Positions 54,919-64,000 of a DNA stretch of 64,000 nucleotides are shown here, one piece after another (position 1 is the stretch's first letter; each line of letters starts with the position of its first letter). The notes under the pieces are model-generated. The model was not told the DNA's origin and did not search any database. It saw nothing but the letters and a program-made list of their open reading frames with translations. The DNA lies in the IMG/VR virus record IMGVR_UViG_3300031884_000002, positions 1 to 64,000 of that record; one strand, given 5' to 3'. A program made the position numbers and the translations under genes.

Positions 54919-56025
54919 TTATTTTTTGAGGCATTGGAAAATGAGCCGCTTATAATTTTCCGGTGTAAGAGGTTTATTATCAAGTAGTTGGAAAAGCATA
55001 CCTGAACGATTATTATTCTCTCCACCATACGATGATATAATTGCTCGGGCAGCAATACCACGCTCTTCTTTTGTAAGAGGTCTATCCTTTTTAAAAGGTT
55101 CTATAAATCTTTTCATTCCGGCTTCAATTTGCTTAACTTGTCGCCAAGCATCACAAATATTAGAAATATTACCACGACAATATTCGGCTAACTCATAATC
55201 AAAGGTAGTTAGAATATAGTTATAAAATTCAATATATGACGGATAGTTTTGAGAAATCCATACATCGATAATTTTCTCAACCGAGGATAACTCGCTTTTC
55301 ATTTTATGTAAAAATAAATATTTTGCCGCTTTTATTTTTAATTGCTGTTGATGATTGACATATAAAACAATTCCTTCTTTATCGGACCATTTATCTACAT
55401 TTTCAAGGAGATTTTCTAATGTAGTAAACAAATATGTCGCCGGTCTTTTCATGCCCAAGTCGATTGCCAATTTATCAAGATCAAATTGAGACATTAAAGT
55501 ATAATTTTTATGATAAATTAAACCAGTCAATATAAAATCAATCTCATTATATTTTAATACTATTTGATTATTAGGACTCACATATTCTGTAATGACGGAA
55601 AAATCCCAAGTATCATCAGTTGATAATTCAAATAATTTAGGATACTTTTGTTTAATAACGTCCATTTCATTTCCAGTAGTTAAGGTATAAGCATCTATCG
55701 TTCCTCGGGAACGTATTATAAAATTTCCTTTATACCGGCTTATTATAATTGTCGAACCATCTATTTTTTCTACAATAACACTATTATTTAGATTTGACGG
55801 AATAGGCGAAAGGTCTGGTTTTTCTCCATAATTAAAAAACTTTTTGTAAGATAAACTAACAGGTTCTCCTAAATAATTCCAAACACTTGACCTGAAAATC
55901 AGATTATTAGAATTCCAAGTCGCTCCAATTTGTTTAGGAGTAACTAAATATAACAATTTCCCATTCCAAATATGTTCGTTTACATAAAACTGTTCTCTGT
56001 CAATTTTTTGAATGTCTATAATCAT
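54919..56025 (-). CDS. RNA ligase (T4 Rnl-like nucleotidyltransferase)
   Basis: EKIDGS (motif I), TEYVSPNNQIV, EGIVL, LKIK. Confidence 0.85.
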   Translation of the reverse strand: MIIDIQKIDREQFYVNEHIWNGKLLYLVTPKQIGATWNSNNLIFRSSVWNYLGEPVSLSYKKFFNYGEKPDLSPIPSNLNNSVIVEKIDGSTIIISRYKGNFIIRSRGTIDAYTLTTGNEMDVIKQKYPKLFELSTDDTWDFSVITEYVSPNNQIVLKYNEIDFILTGLIYHKNYTLMSQFDLDKLAIDLGMKRPATYLFTTLENLLENVDKWSDKEGIVLYVNHQQQLKIKAAKYLFLHKMKSELSSVEKIIDVWISQNYPSYIEFYNYILTTFDYELAEYCRGNISNICDAWRQVKQIEAGMKRFIEPFKKDRPLTKEERGIAARAIISSYGGENNNRSGMLFQLLDNKPLTPENYKRLIFQCLKK

Positions 56026-56832
56026 AATGCGAGTATATCAGCAATAAATAATGTTGTCAATAATACAGATTATCAATGGGAAGTCAAGTGCCATTTATTA
56101 CAATGAGGACATAAATAAGTTCTCAGATAATCAACTTTTAAATCTTTAACTAAAACTTCACCGGCACGAATAGCAGCCAATTCGTGAGTTTTAAACTTTA
56201 TCTTGCCGGATTTTCGACACGGCTTTTTCATATTTAATCACCATTAATACGTTCCATTATTTCATCATATGATTCTGATAAAAGCAAATTACTTCCACTT
56301 TTTAAGTAAATGCGGCACCAATTTTTATCAGGAGAAATCCGTTCAACTTCAGACATATTAAATGTATTCCATTCCGCCCAATTTCTACCATCGCTATGGT
56401 AGGTGTCAACTGGTAATTCAACAAAGTTTTTAATTTTCATAAGTATTTTGTATTTCTCCACTTTCCACTATTTGTCTAATAGCCTTTAAACAATTAGGAT
56501 AACCAATCCAATCAACCGGAACATTATTTTTTTCGGCGGTTAATTTTTGATAATGAGGATGAAAATCTCTATCGTATGTATCGAGATTTCTTAGTATTTC
56601 TGCTAATCTATTCATAACTTCCTATCGCCCATTCAATTATAATGAGTCCCAGTGGGGTTAGACGAGCCACATTATCATTCACTTCTACTAATTCAGGTGG
56701 TAATTTTTCAATATATGGAAATATGACATCGCTTATTTTAACCCAACCTACAATGTTAGCATCTCGTTTTAATAAACGTAACATATGCCTTTGTCCCATA
56801 TCCAGTTTGTTAATTCTTGGTTCTTTCATATA

Positions 56833-57702
56833 TCAATCAATAAATACAGTATTATCATTCACCTGACCGTCATTTTCAATTTTAATCACGGCATCATCAG
56901 CAGGAACAATACTAACAGAAATATCTTTAATTGCTTTGCTTCCATTAGCATTCTTTACATCAATCCATAAAGTATCATAATTGATACTGATTAAATGAGT
57001 TCCATTCCAACTAAATGTGTGCTTTCCAATACTGATATTATATGGATTAGTAGTTTTAAGGAGAGCAGTTCGCCCAATACAACTTTTATCTACCAATTCA
57101 TATTTAGCGATATATTCTGGATATAATTTAATCAATTCACTATATAGAAAAGGAAAAACTTCCATTAAATGAATTAAAAATGTAGGAATTGTTTCTTCTT
57201 GATATTGAGTTATTTCACCACCCATCAATGCACGAGGATGAAAATCAACAATTGATTTAATCACACCAATGGTAAATTGTTCTATTTTAATATAAGGGGT
57301 TCCACTGACAAATAAAGAATCGTGTCTTTCCACCGGCAATGATGTATTCATAGTCATATGAGCGTAGGGAATATAAACCCAATCTCCAACTATGGCAAGT
57401 TTATTGGGAGGAGAACCTTTAATACGCTTATATTCCCCATATTCTTTTTTCATCTGCTCTATCCACGGACGACATTGCTTTGATTTTTTATTAAATCCAA
57501 GTATAACTTCAATATGACCGTGAGGACACTTACATCCAAATACCAAATTATTTATACATTGTCCCCGTTTAAGCAATTCACAAGTATCAGCCTTCTCACA
57601 ATAGTAAAGAGTGCATTTACTTTTATCTTTAATAGTAGGTTTAAAAAATAATTGTTTTTCTTGAGGACTCCAAATTACAGCACTGATTAGTGTATCTTTC
57701 AT
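56833..57702 (-). CDS. Hypothetical Cys-containing protein (289 aa)
   Basis: Long ORF. Confidence 0.75.
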   Translation of the reverse strand: MKDTLISAVIWSPQEKQLFFKPTIKDKSKCTLYYCEKADTCELLKRGQCINNLVFGCKCPHGHIEVILGFNKKSKQCRPWIEQMKKEYGEYKRIKGSPPNKLAIVGDWVYIPYAHMTMNTSLPVERHDSLFVSGTPYIKIEQFTIGVIKSIVDFHPRALMGGEITQYQEETIPTFLIHLMEVFPFLYSELIKLYPEYIAKYELVDKSCIGRTALLKTTNPYNISIGKHTFSWNGTHLISINYDTLWIDVKNANGSKAIKDISVSIVPADDAVIKIENDGQVNDNTVFID

Positions 57703-59647
57703 ATTATTTTAAATTATTAGCCCAAATTGTATTTCCTTGCATTTTTGGATATCCCATATCATTCATAAGTCCAAGTGCATTTAAACGATGGTCGGAATAT
57801 TTTTTACGTCCCTTAAAACTTTTAAGTTTCCATAACTTTTTAGCATCGGAACAAAGAACATCATCGGAACAATTACATTTGTTATTCATAAATATCTCCA
57901 TCGGAGTCCCTTAAATCTTCAGCCCATGCGTATTCCATAATAATTTAATCGTTAAGTAGTTCCAGTAACCGTTTAAGTTCTTGCTTAACCAGTTTTAATT
58001 TTTCATTTTTTTCTTTACAAATACAAAATATACACCAGCCCGACTCAATCAGGGAAGGACTCATTGAAACTTTACATATCATGCAAGTTTCCCTGCATTT
58101 TTCAACATCAAAATCATCGTCAATATCATTCATAAATAAAAGGTTTTCCCAAAAGTCCATAGGATTTTCTACATAAAAACGTTCCAAGTCCCATAAATAC
58201 TGCATCGTTAAAATTAGATTTATATCCATCTTTAAACTGCGAATGGAAAAGATCAAAAGATATAGTCTCCGTAACTTTAACTTGACTTCCATTTACATTA
58301 TAAATGCAATATCCAGCCAAATCTTCCTGTTTTTCAGAATACCAACAATAATTTTCATTTTTCATAATCTCAAGTTTATTTATTTTAGAAATCCATCCAG
58401 TTTGCCACGCATAAAACTCATGAGTATTTTGTTTAAAAGGATTTTTATAATTATGTCCAGCACATAATTCTCCCATCTCATACGCCTTGATAGCAATCAT
58501 TCTCTTATAATCAGATTTATCAGTCATAACTTAATTAGAGTTTCAATTGTATCAACAATCTGTTTAATGTGTTTTTTAGATTTAAACTCTCCCGACCACA
58601 TTACTGTGCCGCTCAATTCATCTCTATCACCAGCAGCAGGAGCACAACATCCACTTGGAACTAATGAAACTTTATTCTTCTTGTATTTAGAATAATTTTC
58701 TTTAGATAACTTAAATACTTCAACATTTTTAGGATATAAATTGCTTATTACAATAAATGTATATAATTCCGGTATCTCTTTCTTATAAAGAGAATGACAA
58801 TTGGATTGAAATAAATTACAACCAACAAATCCCAATTCTTTTACTTGATTTAATCTAACTGTCATAATTATTTAATACCAACACATTTCATCATAATGTA
58901 TTTAGTACACATTTTAGTGGGACAAAGTACATATTGTTTATTATCACCTAAGTATTTTATATCAAAATAATCAGCCTCAACTTCACAGCCACAGTTTTCA
59001 CATGTTCCTCTATAATAGAGTTCGGTTAATTTGGGTAATGTTCCTTCTTTAAGTATTTTCATGTTTATAGTCTATAGATAAAATCTAAATTGTCAAGTCT
59101 GATTTGTTCTCCTACATCCATACATATATCCATAATAAAAAGCATCTGTCCATAATTGAGCCGGAATAATATCGCTTACATCTGTGTTTTTACTATATTT
59201 ATTCCAATAATTACATTTAGCCTTGTTAAAGGCATTACATTTTTTAATTTTATCTTTAAGTTTCATATTTCTCGCCATCTCCTGATTTTAAAATCGGCAA
59301 CAATTCATAAAATAATCCACACATAGTCCTAAAATCATCATCTTGCTTTCGGGATAATGCTCCTATATGTAAATCATCAATATTATTCGTAATACATTCT
59401 AATCCACATTTAATATTGTTAATATGACAGATATAATCTTCATATCCATTTTCGGTTAATATATCTTTTGGATTATACATAATTTTAATTTAAAAAAGTA
59501 AAACATTCTCTATGGTCACATTCCCAATGTAGCGCACTTTCACGTTTAGCAATCAGAGATTTACGATATGCCTTCAATCGCTTCAAATCCATTGTTTTTA
59601 GATTTTTAAATATCATGAGTGGAATAATACAGATTATAAATTATAAG

Positions 59648-60100
59648 TCAAGGATGTAATTTCAAGTGTCCCAATATTGGGTCAAGTTCTTCCTTGGTTC
59701 CAAATATATAAGCACAAGTAACTTCAGGACGGAAAATAGTAAATGTTTTATCCTCTTCATTAAAGATACTGAGACGTGGTATGATTTTTTTAGTATCTAT
59801 TAAATTATAGACTTCCGATGTAACTTTGATACTATATTCTGGGTCAGCTACATAACTTAATATATTAGAATGTTTATATTCACATTTAAATACTTCTCGT
59901 ATTTCGTGTAATGATGCCGCCAAAACAATAGCAGTTCCAAATCCTTGACAGGTTTGATTTTGCCATTCTATTACATCTCTCACATGTCCGTGTTGTTTAA
60001 TAAAAGCATTGGATGCATGAGATGCTTGAGCCATTGCCCTTCCAGTTGTCATAGATGACAAGTCAGTTCTCATTAAAATATATAATCGGGTATCTTTCAT
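59648..60100 (-). CDS. Peptidyl-tRNA hydrolase, Pth2-like
   Basis: LYILMRTDL.SMTTGRAMAQASHA...IVL. Confidence 0.75.
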   Translation of the reverse strand: MKDTRLYILMRTDLSSMTTGRAMAQASHASNAFIKQHGHVRDVIEWQNQTCQGFGTAIVLAASLHEIREVFKCEYKHSNILSYVADPEYSIKVTSEVYNLIDTKKIIPRLSIFNEEDKTFTIFRPEVTCAYIFGTKEELDPILGHLKLHP

Positions 60101-61050
60101 AATTTAATATATTTGATTGAACTCTTCTTTTTCTGGGATATAAACCCAGATTAATTTTTTGTTATTTATATCTTTTACAATTACAGGCTGTAAACCGTTC
60201 ACTTTCAATGCTTTATAAACTTGATTGGCAGTTACACTTTCCATAAAATTACATCCGTGTTTATACATCTTATATATTTCGTCACAAGTATATTTCATAA
60301 TCTTTTTAAGCTTTCGTTTTTACTTTCAATAGAAGATTTAATATATTTTATTAAAGATAAACATCTATTTAATTCGTCGGTTAAAGGATGATAACTCCAT
60401 CCATATCTACATACCAATTTATTTAAATTGATTGCTTCTTCTTCTATTTCATTGGAAATTGTATAAACATCATCACTCATAATTCATTATAACCCTCATT
60501 CTGTCTTAATTTATATTCAATAGAATCAATCTGATTTTGTAGTATATCAAATCGAGCATCAACATAATTCTTTAAAGCATATATTACTTGTTCTTCTTCA
60601 AGCGATTGAATATATTCTTCAATGTCATCATTTAATTTTTGATTCCATTCTTCAAGTTCTTTTTTCATATAAAATATTAAATAATTCTTGCAATTCCAAT
60701 TTAGATAACTCTCTTCCTAAAAAGGACACATTCAAAGGTTTATTTTTAGATTCTTCTATTCTACAAATTATTTTTTCATTTTCATCTTCGTCCATTTCTA
60801 CTAGAATAAGAGTAGAATCATGTTTTTTCCATACTGACCCATCATGGGTAACAATACAATAACAATCTTTTGGAACATTATAAATAGTAGTGTAACCAGT
60901 CCAACAAATAATATCAACGAAATCTCCATTATCTTTAATAGAAGATGCGGTAATACCACTATTTCTTAGATATACTTCCACACCAGTTCTGAACGGGTCA
61001 TATGAAGTAGTAATAGCTTCAAATGTTTTTGTAAAGTAAATAGTCATAAT

Positions 61051-61521
61051 TTAAATAAATCTAACAGGATTGTAATTACAAATAAAAATATCCAAAGTAC
61101 TATCTTTAAAGATTTCGGTAATAATGGTATTACAGATATTCCAACTTCCGCCGCCTAAAGTGCATCCCATATTTCGTGGAATAGCCAATGATTGTAGTCC
61201 CTTTGTGATTACATCTGATTTAACATATACTAATCCAGTATAATATGCCTCATAATTAGTTTGCCGCTTATGCGTTCCCAAATCATATTGAGAATACATG
61301 TTATAAATCCATCGTCCATCTTTCTTTCCTTGGACGATACTACAAGTTCCCAGTTTTTCCCTATCTCCATATTTAGTTTTTAAATCAGAGTCATATGCTT
61401 CGGGATAGATTGTTGAAACTCTGGCAGCAATTCCACCTCCCATAGCATGGAAACAATTACATTGATGAACCATCGCATCACATTGTTGTTTAAAAATATC
61501 AATATCAATTTCAGTAATCAT
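61051..61521 (-). CDS. Macrodomain (ADP-ribose binding/hydrolase)
   Basis: HQCNCFHAMGGGIA...YNMYSQ...IPRNMGCTLGGGSW. Confidence 0.9.
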   Translation of the reverse strand: MITEIDIDIFKQQCDAMVHQCNCFHAMGGGIAARVSTIYPEAYDSDLKTKYGDREKLGTCSIVQGKKDGRWIYNMYSQYDLGTHKRQTNYEAYYTGLVYVKSDVITKGLQSLAIPRNMGCTLGGGSWNICNTIITEIFKDSTLDIFICNYNPVRFI

Positions 61522-62500
61522 AAAAATATCAGTTAATACAAATTGAGTTTATTACAAAATCTTTTTCATATTCTTTTCTATACCATTCTGCTTCATCTTC
61601 TCCTATAAACTGTTTTTCATCAGAATCAAATTGACCTATTCCTCGATTTCCCCAAACTGTATCATATCTATTTCCTTCATCGTCCGATGAATAAATAACT
61701 TCCAAATCACCATGTTTATCTGCCATTTCTTGCAGTTCTTTAATATATTCGTTTAGTTTCATAACTGAGAGTATATAGATTTTAGGTTAAAAGTCAATGA
61801 TTATTTAATTGGTTCAAATGCCACTTGACAATATTTCGATAATGATTTTTTGCGGGGTCAACCAATTCATTATAGGGACAACCTGCTTTTCTTGGGTCGC
61901 CTGACAATCCATCCTTGGTAAGATTATCTTTGCGATTAGCACAGATAAAATCATATAGAGATTCGGCCAATTCTTCTTCGTTATTATTCATAAATCAAAG
62001 TCTATAGATAAAATCTAAATTGTCAATCATTATCGCCGCTATAATAGGCTTTCTGTTTTTTGATTATGTTAATTGGATACACACATTTCGGACAAGTTAT
62101 TAAAGGTGTGTTTGACTCTACATCCCATGCTAAAATAGTCCATTTACTATAATGAATATCTTTAGCATCCATAAAACTCATTGCTTTATTACAGATATCA
62201 CATTTAAGATGCCAATGATTAGCCATTATTAACTTGTTTTTCTAAATTATGATGAAACTTAAATGCTTCTTGTAATAATACAATCAAATGAAGAGTTTCA
62301 TCCGATGTAAATTTAAGTTCAATTTCATCAAATCCTTCTCCAACTTTAAGTTTTATGCCGCCATTATATTTAATTTCTTTAAGATTTATAGCATCATATC
62401 TATATTTTATATTGTGATTTTACTTCTATAGTAGATACGAGAAACATTACAGTTCCGGCAACAGACCACACTAACAACAATGCAATAATTATAAATTCTA

Positions 62501-63115
62501 TCATATTTTACATCCTTTATACATTTTCATTTCGTTAAGATTATAATGAAAACTAAAATCTGGTAATGATTTTTCTTTTATTCTATTTAAATACTTAGAA
62601 ATTGTGTCAGCGGTGCCACCATCCTTTAAAGTTTCTTTATCTCCAAACGTCATTGCCAGAATATAATGAGACATTGACACGTTAGTATTTCTATTTTTAA
62701 ACCCATGAACCACCGTAACATCGGCACCTTTATCTATTGCTTGTTGTATCTCTTTAATAGAGTTTTGTTTAGTTTCTTTTTCAAATTGACTATGATACCA
62801 GTTTGCAGTATCCGCAACTGTTCCAAAATCACTATAATTATCTATATAAGTTCCATTCTCATATTCACACGGAAGAAATAATTTAAGATTAGGCATTCTA
62901 TTATTAAGATATAATCTTACTGCTATCGAATCTGCGCCAGCCGCACCACCCGATACAAGCGTATTAAGTGGATATTTTTCTTTTAAATTTATATAATCTA
63001 TAAGTTTGTCTGCTACTCTATACATTTCATTATATAAATCAAGTGATAATTTATCATAATCATTATGACGAAATGCCGTTCCAACAATCGCAAGTGAATT
63101 TTCATCTTTTATCAT
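62501..63115 (-). CDS. SLOG-superfamily (YspA/DprA-like) protein
   Basis: AIVGT...LVSGGAAGAD...RNTNV...GGTADT. Confidence 0.75.
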   Translation of the reverse strand: MIKDENSLAIVGTAFRHNDYDKLSLDLYNEMYRVADKLIDYINLKEKYPLNTLVSGGAAGADSIAVRLYLNNRMPNLKLFLPCEYENGTYIDNYSDFGTVADTANWYHSQFEKETKQNSIKEIQQAIDKGADVTVVHGFKNRNTNVSMSHYILAMTFGDKETLKDGGTADTISKYLNRIKEKSLPDFSFHYNLNEMKMYKGCKI

Positions 63116-63223
63116 ACTTCAATAGTATATCAGAACATTTAGAAATGTCAATTGTTTTTATTCCAATTATAAATATGTTGTTATTTTTTGATTAAAATCA
63201 CTATATCTCTATATTTATAATGT

Positions 63224-64000
63224 ATGAAGACATCAAATATAAATTATAACGAACAACAAACTATCATTTCATATAGTAATAATGGAATGCTAGTAAATGA
63301 TATAGCAAATAAATTAAATAGAAATGAAAAATCTATAAGAAACATTCTTAATAAAAATAAAATTCCAATACACTTCAATGACAAAAGAATTAAAAAATGG
63401 AGCGAACAAAATATAACGACTCTTAAAAATATGGTCCAATCTAATATATCTCATAAACAAATAGCCATAAAATTAAATAGAGGGGTGGCTGCAATATCAA
63501 AAAAATTAAAAGAATTAAATTTAAATTCCAATTTTCTTTTAAAAATAGAAGAAAATAAATGTTTAAAGTCCCAAGGAAAGAAAAAATGTAATGAATGCCA
63601 ACAAATAAAGAATATAAAAGAATTTAAACATTGGTGTAGAAAATGTGAAAATTGCCGAAATTTAATATTACAAAATAGAATTGAAAAAATGTCTAAAAAT
63701 AATGATTTAAAATATATTTTGATGGAAAAATTAAAATGGAATAGATATAGAGTTAAAAAATATAAATTTGAATGTGACATTGACTTACAATTTTTAATAG
63801 AATTATATAATAAACAAAATGGAAAATGTTATTATTCAAATAGAGTAATGTCATTATCTACACATAATGAAAATTCTATTTCGATTGATAGAATAGATTC
63901 TACACAAGGTTATACTAAAAATAATGTTGTATTATGTTGTAATAGAGTAAATTTAATTAAAAACGATATGACAATAGAAAACTTTAAAAATATTATAATA
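63224..64000 (+). CDS. HTH plus His-Me homing endonuclease, partial (runs off the window); paralogue of 2076-2756
   Basis: Manual translation MKTSNINYNEQQ...KQNGKCYYS...SIDRIDSTQGYTKNNVVLCC. Confidence 0.85.
   Translation, partial: MKTSNINYNEQQTIISYSNNGMLVNDIANKLNRNEKSIRNILNKNKIPIHFNDKRIKKWSEQNITTLKNMVQSNISHKQIAIKLNRGVAAISKKLKELNLNSNFLLKIEENKCLKSQGKKKCNECQQIKNIKEFKHWCRKCENCRNLILQNRIEKMSKNNDLKYILMEKLKWNRYRVKKYKFECDIDLQFLIELYNKQNGKCYYSNRVMSLSTHNENSISIDRIDSTQGYTKNNVVLCCNRVNLIKNDMTIENFKNIII

Larger units (their letters stand above)
41860..63152 (-). other. Long leftward run of mostly small hypothetical genes, about 20 with the same TTGAC/AATCT promoter
   Basis: ORF track plus promoter motifs with -35 boxes at or near 42834, 43947, 45132, 52603, 59091, 59646, 61792, 62021. 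Confidence 0.8.

Noticed and set aside
1-64000. Stop-codon reassignment
   Set aside because: Conserved domains are intact in code 11, there is no suppressor tRNA, and TGA clearly acts as a stop.

Overview
This is an AT-rich fragment of a large (jumbo-type) tailed phage genome, read with the standard bacterial code; the host is not identifiable from the window. 1-19.2 kb is a mostly minus-strand accessory region. It holds tRNAs, a tmRNA, two ADP-ribosylglycohydrolases, a CoaB-like gene, an ArdC-like gene, a tail-fibre-like gene, homing endonucleases, two tnpB genes and a probable histone-fold protein. 19.3-46.3 kb is an early-type region of small genes, almost each with its own TTGAC-N16/17-TAnnnT promoter. 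In at least 24 cases across the window, the TGA stop of the upstream gene is the TGA of the next -35 box. A polar 22-bp palindrome family punctuates this region and flips orientation at about 37.15 kb. Several tRNAs are atypical: a Leu-type long-arm body with a Lys anticodon, Ile(UAU), Leu(UAA) with a group I intron, and anticodon-less tRNA-like RNAs. 46.6-64 kb holds small genes plus RNA ligase, Pth2, macrodomain, SLOG and HNH genes. No CRISPR array, integrase, reverse transcriptase or tnpA was seen. Family calls come from recognised motifs only; no database search or folding program was run.
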